Positions 55,761 to 64,000 of a stretch of 64,000 bases of DNA are shown one piece after another (position 1 is the stretch's first letter; the number at the start of each line of letters is the position of its first letter). The stretch is from contig SVQQ01000008.1 of assembly GCA_015065265.1 (NCBI GenBank), forward strand, positions 222-64,221, written 5' to 3'. The notes below the pieces were generated by a model that worked only from the letters and a program-made list of their open reading frames with translations, made no database searches and had not been told where the DNA came from. The DNA is from Oscillospiraceae bacterium. Lineage in GTDB: Bacteria; Bacillota; Clostridia; Oscillospirales; SIG627. Both the position numbers and the translations under genes were made by a program.

Positions 55761-58157
55761 ATGTTAAAAAACTGTATTTCGTCAGGTTGGAAATTTGCAC
55801 ATCACACAAACTACGTGAAATCTTCCTACGTTGACGTTGACCTCCCTCACGATTATCAAGTTTCAAAAAAACGTGTTTCCGACGGGTCGGGAGACTGGTG
55901 TAACGGATTTCATCCCACAGGTGGCGGAAGATACGTAAAGTACTTAAACTTTGAAAAAGGAAAGCGTTATATTCTGGACATTGACGGTGCATATATGTGC
56001 TGTGAAATTTGGCTTAACGAAGAACTTCTGGATATGCATCCATACGGGTTTACGCCTTACCTTGTAGATTTGACAAGTTACATCAAACAGGGCGTTACAA
56101 ACAAACTTGTCCTTGTTACTTCCCCTATGGATTATACTTGCAGATGGTACACCGGTAACGGTATATACAGAGACGTTTTTCTGTGGGAAGGAAGTAATAT
56201 TGGAATTGAGCCTTGGGACATTTTCGTTTACACAGTCAATGCAGACAAGAAAAATGCTAAAATCGGAATAAAATACTCAATAAATTCAGATAAAGATACA
56301 AAGGTAAAGGTTAAGTTTGAAATTTCCAAAAAAGGCGAAGATGTTGTGAAGACATTTGTCACCGAAAGAACTTTAAACTGTGGCAAAAGTGAATTCAAAG
56401 AAGAAATTGAAATTGAAAATCCTCTTTTGTGGGACGTTGACTGCCCTAATTTATATGAACTTAAAACCGTGATATATGATGGTGAAAAGGAAGTTGACAC
56501 CTCTTACACAACATTTGGAATACGCACAATATATGCAGATGCTAAAAGCGGTCTAATTCTCAATGGAAAGAAGATTAAACTCCGTGGCGGTTGCATACAT
56601 CACGACAACGGAGTTTTAGGTGCTTGTGCCTTCCCTCGTGCTGAAAGAAGAAAAATTAAATTGTTGAAGGATGCAGGGTTTAATGCTATAAGAACCGCGC
56701 ACAATCCCCCTTCCCTTGCTATGCTTGAAGCCTGTGATGAGGAAGGTATGATAGTAATGGACGAAGCCTTCGACCATTGGAACAAGGGTAAGAGTTCTTC
56801 CGACTATCATCTTTTCTTCAAGGACTGGTGTTTAAGAGATATTTCCTATATGGTTTTAAGGGACAGAAATCATCCATCGGTTATAAGTTATTCTATCGGT
56901 AACGAAATTCACGAGGTTGACGGAACGTCTGATGCGGGTAAGTGGTCGAAGTTACTTGCAGATGAAGTGAGAAAATTTGACGACACGAAGTTTGTGACCT
57001 CCGGCCTTCAAAAGAACTTTGCTCTACTTATGACAGAGGACATTGACCCTGATGATTACAAGAATTATATCATAAACGAAAAGAACGGTGGCCTCACAAG
57101 GCAGAAGCCTTTTGAAATGGGTCGAGGACATCTTGTAGACGTAATCAACAAGAAGACTGAAGACTATGAAGCGCCTCTCGATATTGTGGGATATAATTAT
57201 CATTACGACAGATATGAAACCGAGCACATTCGATACCCTGACCGTGTTATATGGGGGTCGGAGACAAGAGTAATATATTTCTACGATTCCTGGAAGGCGA
57301 CAAAAGACAACGAATACGTTATCGGAAACTTTACCTGGACCGCTTTTGATAATATGGGCGAAGCGGGGGCAGGTTGTTTTGCCTGGGCAAGAGAGAGATT
57401 TGTAACGGGAATAGAATATACGAAATACCCTTGGCGTTGTTGCTATCAGGGAGACTTTGATATTTGCGGTTACAGACGTCCTCAGTCCTATTTCAGAGAA
57501 GCGGTATGGCTTGGTGACATTGAGCCGAAAATCTTCACAACTCACCCCGAACACTACGGTGAAGGGTTCTCGGGCACTCTCTGGCATTGGTATGACGTTG
57601 ACGAGAACTGGACTTTTGAAGACAAATATTTAGGTAAGCCTGTAAAGGTGGAAACCTACACGGATGCTGACAAAATTGAGTGGTATCTCAACGACAGAAA
57701 AGTTGGTGAAAGTGTACCTGAAAAGGCTATTGCGACAATTGATATTCCTTATGAAAAAGGGGTGCTTACTGCCGTGGCTATCAAGGGTAATGTAGAAGTG
57801 GGAAGAAGTTCTCTGAAGAGTGTAGGCGCTCCTTGTCAGATAAACGTTTCTACAAGTCAAAAAGAAATTCTTTCTGACAACAGAGATTTATGCTATTTTG
57901 ACATAACGGTCACCGATAATGAAAAAAATCTCATTGTAGATGGCGAATATGAAATAAAGTGCGACATTCAGGGTGGTGAACTGCTTGGAATATACAGTTC
58001 AAATCCTTGTGATGAGGACCAATACACCTCTAACGTATGTCACACTTACAAAGGCAGGGCACTTGCCATTGTGAGAGCAAAAGAAAAAGGTGACGTAACG
58101 GTGACAGTTTACAATAATAAACTTGCATCAGGTAACGGAAAAGTTTCTGCAATATAA
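55761..58157 (+). CDS. Glycoside hydrolase family 2 (beta-galactosidase-like), cytoplasmic
   Basis: VDLPHD, RWYTGNGIYRDV, HHDNG, RTAHNP, RDRNHPS, SIGNE (acid/base), GSE (nucleophile), WTAFD; no signal peptide. Confidence 0.93.
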   Translation: MLKNCISSGWKFAHHTNYVKSSYVDVDLPHDYQVSKKRVSDGSGDWCNGFHPTGGGRYVKYLNFEKGKRYILDIDGAYMCCEIWLNEELLDMHPYGFTPYLVDLTSYIKQGVTNKLVLVTSPMDYTCRWYTGNGIYRDVFLWEGSNIGIEPWDIFVYTVNADKKNAKIGIKYSINSDKDTKVKVKFEISKKGEDVVKTFVTERTLNCGKSEFKEEIEIENPLLWDVDCPNLYELKTVIYDGEKEVDTSYTTFGIRTIYADAKSGLILNGKKIKLRGGCIHHDNGVLGACAFPRAERRKIKLLKDAGFNAIRTAHNPPSLAMLEACDEEGMIVMDEAFDHWNKGKSSSDYHLFFKDWCLRDISYMVLRDRNHPSVISYSIGNEIHEVDGTSDAGKWSKLLADEVRKFDDTKFVTSGLQKNFALLMTEDIDPDDYKNYIINEKNGGLTRQKPFEMGRGHLVDVINKKTEDYEAPLDIVGYNYHYDRYETEHIRYPDRVIWGSETRVIYFYDSWKATKDNEYVIGNFTWTAFDNMGEAGAGCFAWARERFVTGIEYTKYPWRCCYQGDFDICGYRRPQSYFREAVWLGDIEPKIFTTHPEHYGEGFSGTLWHWYDVDENWTFEDKYLGKPVKVETYTDADKIEWYLNDRKVGESVPEKAIATIDIPYEKGVLTAVAIKGNVEVGRSSLKSVGAPCQINVSTSQKEILSDNRDLCYFDITVTDNEKNLIVDGEYEIKCDIQGGELLGIYSSNPCDEDQYTSNVCHTYKGRALAIVRAKEKGDVTVTVYNNKLASGNGKVSAI

Positions 58158-58158
58158 C

Positions 58159-58192
58159 AAAAAAAATATCCGCCAACGGCGGATATTTTTTT
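58159..58192. terminator. Bidirectional intrinsic terminator
   Basis: AAAAAAATATCCGCC-aac-GGCGGATATTTTTTT. Confidence 0.85.
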
Positions 58193-58829
58193 ATATTTTA
58201 GAAAAGGTATCAAGCCAGAGGTTTTTAATAATTTCGTGTCCCATTTCGGTGGGATGTACTCCGTCAACCGTCCAGTAGTCGTCGGGGGCAACCTCTTTTA
58301 ATTTATCAAACTCGGCTTGAAGGTCGATACAAGGCAGTGAGAATTTTTCTGAAATTCTCTTTGTTGCCTCGTTTTTTTCACGAACGTCTTTAATAAACCT
58401 TGAAAGTTTATCCGGAATTTCCTCAGTATCGCAGGTTTTTATCCCTTTTAAAACAAAGGGGGCGATAAGCATAAGTTTTATATTGGGAAGGGCTTCATAG
58501 ATTTCTTCGATGAACATAGTGTAAATCTTTTCAAATTTGTCTGTGGACACTCCGTTATTATACATAATCTCGTGCCAAACGTCGTTTACTCCCACGTAGA
58601 TACTTGCAATATCGGGGGCAAGGTTTATGAAATCTGCCTTAATTCTGGCGTACAGGTCCACAATTCTGTTTCCGCTTATTCCTCTGTTTAAAAACTCGTA
58701 TTTTTCGGGGTTTTCCGCACCGAGTGTGGCTTTTACGTAATTTGCATAGCCTTTACCCATATCGGTAAAACTGGTTTTTAGTCTTTCGCAGTCGGTGATA
58801 GAGTCACCTATAAATAAAATTCTTTTCAT
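58191..58829 (-). CDS. SGNH/GDSL esterase (carbohydrate acetylesterase-like)
   Basis: FIGDSITD, NRGISGN, GVNDVW, DGVHPT..GH. Confidence 0.9.
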   Translation of the reverse strand: MKRILFIGDSITDCERLKTSFTDMGKGYANYVKATLGAENPEKYEFLNRGISGNRIVDLYARIKADFINLAPDIASIYVGVNDVWHEIMYNNGVSTDKFEKIYTMFIEEIYEALPNIKLMLIAPFVLKGIKTCDTEEIPDKLSRFIKDVREKNEATKRISEKFSLPCIDLQAEFDKLKEVAPDDYWTVDGVHPTEMGHEIIKNLWLDTFSKI

Positions 58830-58852
58830 AAGAAACTCCTTTATTTTTTAAG

Positions 58853-59845
58853 TCAATTATAAAGTTCGTCGATAAAGTATGCTCTTGTGTTTGCACATTT
58901 CCCTTTTTCGTCGATAAGGGTGATACGCACGAAAATATCGTCTTCCCTGACGGGAAAAGAGGTTTCAGACACTTCGTGGTGCATTTCTGCGTAACGGCTA
59001 CCGTAGTTTGCCTTTATAGTTATAGGCATATTAGTCTTTACATAAATTCTGCCGTCCTCAAAGTAAAGTTCTTTGATTTCTGGGCCTGTGGAAGCGTAAT
59101 AGTCTCCGTCTTCAAGAGCCTTTGTTATAGTGCGGTAGTTTAAGTCGGAGGCGGATATCATAGTAAAACCGCCGAAGAAGTGCTCATCGCGGTGGCAGTC
59201 GTCTGCGGCAATACAGCCGATGCGCTCTCCACGTCGCACCATACTTTCGTATATGTAGGGGCAATATGCTTCCCAACCGCGAATAGCGGTATTGGTATTA
59301 TAAATTTCAAGGGCGTCCATACCGTGACATTCTGCAATGTCCGCCATATCTTCCAGAGACCAGGCAGGGTGGTTATAGGTAACGAAGAAACCTGCTTTTT
59401 TCGCAGTCTGAATAACGTCGGTTATTCCCTCTCCGCTATACACAGGTATATAAGGCGGGTTTTCTCTGTCGTAATCGAGTTTATCGAGAATTTGAAGAGC
59501 GTTTCCCCATACTCGTCCGTGCCAACACACTTGCCTTGTAACGTCGCTCTCTTTGGCTATAAGGCAGAGGTGACAGGCTTTTCTTACGCGGTTTGTGGGT
59601 TTTTCTTCTGACTTTTCTTCTATAAGTTCGTATTCATATCCGTTAAGTGCCAGAAAGTTCTCGTCGGAAAGTTCGTTATGAGGGACAAAAACCTCATGGT
59701 CTGTATAGGCAAAAACAGAATAGCCTTTGTCCATATATATTTTTTTCAGTTCTTCGGGGGTATATTTTCCGTCGGAAACGGTGGAGTGGCTATGTAGGTT
59801 TGCTTTGAAAAATTTCTTATCGGGATTAAAGAGATACTTTTTCAT
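58853..59845 (-). CDS. PHP-domain metallohydrolase (CehA/McbA-like)
   Basis: KANLHSHSTVSDG, TDH, NHPAWS, EIYN, ADDCH, YYASTGP. Start ATG 59845. Confidence 0.85.
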   Translation of the reverse strand: MKKYLFNPDKKFFKANLHSHSTVSDGKYTPEELKKIYMDKGYSVFAYTDHEVFVPHNELSDENFLALNGYEYELIEEKSEEKPTNRVRKACHLCLIAKESDVTRQVCWHGRVWGNALQILDKLDYDRENPPYIPVYSGEGITDVIQTAKKAGFFVTYNHPAWSLEDMADIAECHGMDALEIYNTNTAIRGWEAYCPYIYESMVRRGERIGCIAADDCHRDEHFFGGFTMISASDLNYRTITKALEDGDYYASTGPEIKELYFEDGRIYVKTNMPITIKANYGSRYAEMHHEVSETSFPVREDDIFVRITLIDEKGKCANTRAYFIDELYN

Positions 59846-60005
59846 ATTTGCCTCATTTTTTGTTTTTTTTAATTGTATCACACAAAACACAAAAAGTAAA
59901 GCGGGTTGAAAGTTTTTCAACCCACTTTTTAAAGCAAATTATATTAAATTCCGTAAAAAATCCACAGATAAATATATGAGTCTTTTATAAATCAACGAAA
60001 CATTT

Positions 60006-60037
60006 TCGGCAGGGTAACTTAACACCCTGCCGATTTT
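60006..60037 (-). terminator. Stem-loop after the DUF4097 gene
   Basis: TCGGCAGGGT-aacttaac-ACCCTGCCGA. Confidence 0.55.
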
Positions 60038-60946
60038 TTATTTTACGACGTTAATTGTTATATCTCCGGTTGAAGTTTTTATCTTGAAAAGTCCGCCTGT
60101 CAAAGTTTTGGGGACAGAGACGTCACCTGTGGAAGTTTCGGTGATAAATACTTTTTCTGTAAGTAAGGTGCCTGAAACGTCACCTGTACTGGTGGTGACG
60201 AAAATCTCGTTTCCGTCGCTATAAAGAAAAGTCACGTCTCCTGTGGAAGTGGTGAGGTTTAGTTTTCCTGTTGCTATGACGTTCTTTAAGGTCACACTTC
60301 CTGTATCGGTTTTTATATCGACATCTTCATAAACGTTTATGGAATTTAGTTTGACGTCTCCTGTGGAAGTGGTGAGTCTCAACTCCCCTATAGACGTTGA
60401 GTCTATATTGACGTCACCTGTACTGACTTTGATTTCCATATCTTTTGAAACTGATGCTAAAGACTTAACGTCTGAGGTCTCCCCTTCGATTTTTAAGTTT
60501 TCGAAAGAAAAGTCTTTTGGTATATTAACGTCACCTGTGTCGTTTTCTATAAACAGTGATCGGTAGTCGTTTTTAGGCAGAAAAACAGTCATTTTAGGTG
60601 TTGAAAAATTTATGCCTATATGGTCGTGCCATTTCTTTGTGTCCTTTATCTTAATTATGAGGGTATCATTTTCCACGGACGCAGTATGTTTTTCGTTTTC
60701 GTCTTCAAAGACAGTTACGCTACAAAAGTTCTCTTCGGTGGGGAGAAATTCCACGTCTGTAGTATCGACGCTTATTGATATATTATTAAAGTTTTCCTTT
60801 ATTTCGTAGGAGTTTGTCACATACTTGTTTGTACTAAGTTTTTCAAAATCCCAATTATATGCAGTCATTGAACCAACAAATACCCCTGTGCCGACAACTA
60901 CAAGTATTGTAGCAACGATAAGCCATATTTTTGTAGTCAATCTCAT
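60038..60946 (-). CDS. DUF4097-family beta-strand-repeat (adhesin-like) membrane-anchored protein
   Basis: N-terminal TM helix; repeated TSTGDV-type motifs. Confidence 0.85.
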   Translation of the reverse strand: MRLTTKIWLIVATILVVVGTGVFVGSMTAYNWDFEKLSTNKYVTNSYEIKENFNNISISVDTTDVEFLPTEENFCSVTVFEDENEKHTASVENDTLIIKIKDTKKWHDHIGINFSTPKMTVFLPKNDYRSLFIENDTGDVNIPKDFSFENLKIEGETSDVKSLASVSKDMEIKVSTGDVNIDSTSIGELRLTTSTGDVKLNSINVYEDVDIKTDTGSVTLKNVIATGKLNLTTSTGDVTFLYSDGNEIFVTTSTGDVSGTLLTEKVFITETSTGDVSVPKTLTGGLFKIKTSTGDITINVVK

Positions 60947-61545
60947 TATGCTCTCCCCTTTCCGATAATGGATTTTTTAATCATCAAAGCAATTTTTTTG
61001 GTAAGTATGGCAATACCTTTTGTAAAGGCTTTACATCCGAAGAACAGGAATATTGACAGCCCCAAAGAGAGAACTCCTGCTCCAAAGACTGCAAGGGCTG
61101 TGAGTGTTTTCCCTTGAAAAAAGAAGAGTAAAGATGCTAAAATTACGCCAAGGGAACTTGCAATAATGGATATCTCTACTGCCCATAAAGAAATCACAAT
61201 CGACCAAATTACAACGAAAAAACTAAATATGACGGCAAATGCGGAAATTAAAAGGGATAGCCAAATCGGAGAGCCAAGTACGAGGAACACAATTTCCCAA
61301 GGGTTTAGTCTTCTGTTTTTCTTGACATTTTCTTTTACAAGTTTTGTGGGAGGGGTATCTGCTAAAATTTGTGTAACGATGTCTTGAACTTCCCCAATCT
61401 CACCTACCGCTTCACACTCTGTTAAACCCTCTTCCATTCTGTCGTCTATTATCTCGCTATAAAAGTTTATGCGCTCTTCTACGTCTTTTGAAGGCAAACA
61501 CGAGAGACCTTTTTGAAGTTCTAATAGAAACTCTTTTTTATTCAT
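60946..61545 (-). CDS. DUF1700-family membrane protein
   Basis: MNKKEFLLEL..L..LP..DVEERINFYSEIIDDRMEEG HAAS-like start followed by TM helices. Confidence 0.85.
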   Translation of the reverse strand: MNKKEFLLELQKGLSCLPSKDVEERINFYSEIIDDRMEEGLTECEAVGEIGEVQDIVTQILADTPPTKLVKENVKKNRRLNPWEIVFLVLGSPIWLSLLISAFAVIFSFFVVIWSIVISLWAVEISIIASSLGVILASLLFFFQGKTLTALAVFGAGVLSLGLSIFLFFGCKAFTKGIAILTKKIALMIKKSIIGKGRA

Positions 61546-61858
61546 CTGTCTTATCCTCCCTTACCACAAACCTATATATAGACATAATTTCCTTCCATTC
61601 GTCCTTGAAGTCTTCGATGCGACGGACTCCTTCTTTTGTGATGTGATAGTACTTACGAAGTCTTCCTCCGTGCTCGGCTGAATGAACTGTGAGCATGTTC
61701 GTGCTTTCCAGACGTTTTAAAATGGTATATAAAGTAGATTCTGAAAGTTCTATAAAAGGTTTCATATCTTTTATGATTTTATAACCGTATGAGTCTTCGT
61801 TTTTAATGGCAGCGAGGACACATACGTCTAAAAGTCCTCTTTTTAACTGTACGTCCAT
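61538..61858 (-). CDS. PadR-family transcriptional regulator
   Basis: QLKRGLLDVCVL, SYGY, ESTLYTILKRLE, GRLRKYY.IT..G. Confidence 0.94.
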   Translation of the reverse strand: MDVQLKRGLLDVCVLAAIKNEDSYGYKIIKDMKPFIELSESTLYTILKRLESTNMLTVHSAEHGGRLRKYYHITKEGVRRIEDFKDEWKEIMSIYRFVVREDKTDE

Positions 61859-61877
61859 ATAATACCTCCTGTTACAT

Positions 61878-61911
61878 AATACATCATATCACGAAGTATT
61901 GTTCTTGTCAA
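61878..61911 (-). promoter_or_regulatory. Sigma-A promoter overlapped by a palindromic PadR-type operator
   Basis: Minus strand TTGACA-17 nt-TATGAT. Imperfect palindrome AATACATC-N7-GAAGTATT (61878-61900) covers the -10 and spacer. Confidence 0.7.
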
Positions 61912-61923
61912 TAGAGATGTGAT

Positions 61924-61960
61924 AAAAATGCTATGGTGAAATTTCACCATAGCATTTTTT
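61924..61960 (-). terminator. Intrinsic terminator after the GNAT gene
   Basis: Perfect inverted repeat AAAAATGCTATGGTGAAATTTCACCATAGCATTTTT. Confidence 0.8.
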
Positions 61961-61962
61961 AG

Positions 61963-62406
61963 TTATATTTCTTTTCGTAAATAAATCATATCCACCAACT
62001 GAACACCGCACTCATATATAGGGTGGTCATAATTGTCAATAAAAAAGTTTGGTATGATATGAGAACGGACAAAACCGCATTTTTCGTAAAATGGTATAGT
62101 TAAAGGTGAATCCCCTGTTCCAACTTGAAGTATATTATACTGTCCACTGTACTCTTTAACAAGGAAATCAATCAAGGCTTTAGCGTATCCTTTTCCTTGA
62201 TGCTCAGGAACAGTTGCTAAGTTCTTAATTTCAAGTACGTCTCTTCCTTCATCGGTTATAACACATTCGCACTTTATTCCATTATCATCAAGTATATACA
62301 TTTTACCATTATCTAGATAACGGTCTATCATATCTTCTTGCTCGTCTGCCAATAACAATAAAGAAAGATACTGCTTTTTATCATCTTTAACTTCAATAAA
62401 TTTCAT
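61963..62406 (-). CDS. GNAT-family acetyltransferase
   Basis: LLLLADE, EIKNLAT, QGKGYAK (acetyl-CoA motif A), VGTG, FYEKCGF. Confidence 0.92.
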   Translation of the reverse strand: MKFIEVKDDKKQYLSLLLLADEQEDMIDRYLDNGKMYILDDNGIKCECVITDEGRDVLEIKNLATVPEHQGKGYAKALIDFLVKEYSGQYNILQVGTGDSPLTIPFYEKCGFVRSHIIPNFFIDNYDHPIYECGVQLVDMIYLRKEI

Positions 62407-62442
62407 TTATTCACCATTTTCATTTACTGCTGTTTTAAAAGA

Positions 62443-62476
62443 GAACCCACAACAAAAATAAATATGTTGTGGGTTC
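62443..62476 (-). terminator. Stem-loop between the zinc-ribbon gene and the GNAT gene
   Basis: GAACCCACAACA...TGTTGTGGGTTC, followed by TCTTTT on the minus strand. Confidence 0.5.
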
Positions 62477-62529
62477 GTTGTCATTGTTTTTGTCAATAAA
62501 GATGCGATAAAAAACTATCTGCGGTGGTC

Positions 62530-63837
62530 TTACAAATTTTCTACTTTCGATGTATCAATTATAACTTTTGTGCCACATTTATGGCAAAAAATGCTATCGT
62601 TTGCCAATTTCATGCCACATTTTCTGCAGAATAACGACATTTGCGATTGAGTTGCTGTGTTGATAGTCATATATTCGGTTGAACTATTAGCGTTATTGAT
62701 GCTATTCAAAGAGGATGTCTGAACTGGTTTTACCTCAGATATTTCTTTATCAACAAACAAATGGGAACGTTTATCAAAGTATATAATATTTATGAATAGA
62801 AGAATTAAGCCTATAAATAGTGATATAATTGAAGTTTTGGAAATAGTCTGCTCAGCGATTATCCCAATTACACCTTCATACAAAAATGGAACTAGTGCCG
62901 AACTCCAATAAAAAATTTGCACAAACTTAAGTGCATCTGGTTTGTAATTTGCCAATTTATAACGCAACGTAAATGCTAATATAGCAATTGCTATTAATAA
63001 AAAGCCATACAATACATCTACATTTTTTACACCTGTGCCGTAATATGCATAAACTTCCTTTGCCGAAACTTCTCCGTTGGTCTGAACTAAATAAATACCG
63101 CCAGAAATATAATTTAAGCCGAAAATAATATTTATTATTGCACCAGCAATAAGTGAAAAATTTACAAGAAATTTATACCAAGCCATGCCTAGTGGCTTTT
63201 CAAAGGTAGTAAACGTTTCTTTGGGTGGAGCGTCTACTAATACCTTTGGCGTGTTGTTTTGTGGATTGACGGTCATTTCCCGGCTCATTTTTGCATAGCG
63301 AAACTCTGAAAGAACACCCTTGTACTCAATCTCATATACATTGTCAATTTGGCGTAATATTCGGTAAACGCTTGATTTGATTACATTTGAAACTTGCTTG
63401 AAGGTTTTCAGTGTGTCGGTTATAAGAGGGTTTGTGTCTGAGATATTATCTTGACTATTCAATTTGTTTGCTATTTGAAGAAACGTCGAAATTTCAGTCT
63501 CAGTCTTAAACGTTTGAAAATCTGCACAAAGTTGTCTCCAATAGTTTCGTTGCATTCCTTCTACTTCCTGTAGTGTTTCCGTATCATTAGAAACCTTTGG
63601 AAATATAATTCTCAGAGAACGACTATAACAATCTATTACGTCATTAGTTAAATTTTGCTCATTCAACTCATTTTGTGCACTAACAAGAAAAGCTGTCCAA
63701 AATAACGTAAGCATCGTAATATTCTGCTTATATCCAGTTTCTCTACAAAACTTAATTGTACCGCCCAAAATCTCATCAGATATATTCTGTGCGGTATCAT
63801 ATTTAATTTTTATTGCCGGTTCTTCTGATAAACTCAT
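62530..63837 (-). CDS. Membrane protein with C-terminal zinc-ribbon domain
   Basis: Soluble N-domain, four TM helices (PLGMAWYKFL...YFDKRSHLF), C-terminal FCRKCG...FCHKCG. Confidence 0.75.
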   Translation of the reverse strand: MSLSEEPAIKIKYDTAQNISDEILGGTIKFCRETGYKQNITMLTLFWTAFLVSAQNELNEQNLTNDVIDCYSRSLRIIFPKVSNDTETLQEVEGMQRNYWRQLCADFQTFKTETEISTFLQIANKLNSQDNISDTNPLITDTLKTFKQVSNVIKSSVYRILRQIDNVYEIEYKGVLSEFRYAKMSREMTVNPQNNTPKVLVDAPPKETFTTFEKPLGMAWYKFLVNFSLIAGAIINIIFGLNYISGGIYLVQTNGEVSAKEVYAYYGTGVKNVDVLYGFLLIAIAILAFTLRYKLANYKPDALKFVQIFYWSSALVPFLYEGVIGIIAEQTISKTSIISLFIGLILLFINIIYFDKRSHLFVDKEISEVKPVQTSSLNSINNANSSTEYMTINTATQSQMSLFCRKCGMKLANDSIFCHKCGTKVIIDTSKVENL

Positions 63838-64000
63838 TCGATTTATCTCCTTTGGATCAATTAAAATGAACTTTTACTTTTCATATTCGTTTGCTATATT
63901 TACAATATAAATCGTAATGTGCAATTGACAATAGTCAATTCATAACACGGTGGAGCCATTCATAACTTATAACTTGCCCAACGGGCAATCATAGTTGATT

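Noticed and set aside
60050-60545. Recurrent ACGTC(A/T)CCTGT(GGAAGT) repeats at roughly 60-nt spacing, superficially CRISPR-like
   Set aside because: They encode the TSTGDV repeats of the DUF4097 protein, are short and degenerate, and no cas genes are present.

Overview
AT-rich, gene-dense core-chromosome segment of a Clostridia (Bacillota) bacterium, probably Oscillospiraceae/Ruminococcaceae-like. This is inferred from the IspH-RpsA fusion, the large Bacillus-type SRP RNA and the nusB-xseAB-dxs-tlyA-nadK-argR-recN order. Most genes are on the minus strand. Housekeeping genes dominate: tyrS (partial), recN, argR, dxs, xseAB, recR, dnaX, ffs, upp, rpiB, tsaBE, cmk, trpS, rsmA, rpe, tatD, metG, uvrC, HPr, trmD and rimM. 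Several unusual cell-envelope loci are interleaved: (i) a murL-like epimerase overlapping a murD gene (racemase-independent D-Glu route), (ii) an XRE-HTH::GlmM fusion coupled to a stand-alone GlmU-type acetyltransferase, (iii) an Lnt-type lipoprotein N-acyltransferase and a membrane-anchored LolA-like protein in an apparent monoderm, (iv) a murJ / O-antigen-ligase-like / 2xDUF4330 module, and (v) a LexA-like XRE-S24 regulator coupled to an apparently inactive M23 protein. Two small elements are missing from the ORF track: a 40-aa Cys-rich membrane peptide with a sigK-like promoter and a candidate ~120-nt sRNA. The right end carries accessory genes (AraC-GH2, SGNH, PHP, PadR-DUF1700-DUF4097, GNAT, zinc-ribbon). 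No CRISPR array, tRNA, rRNA, transposase or integrase was seen. All family calls are by motif recognition; no database search was run.
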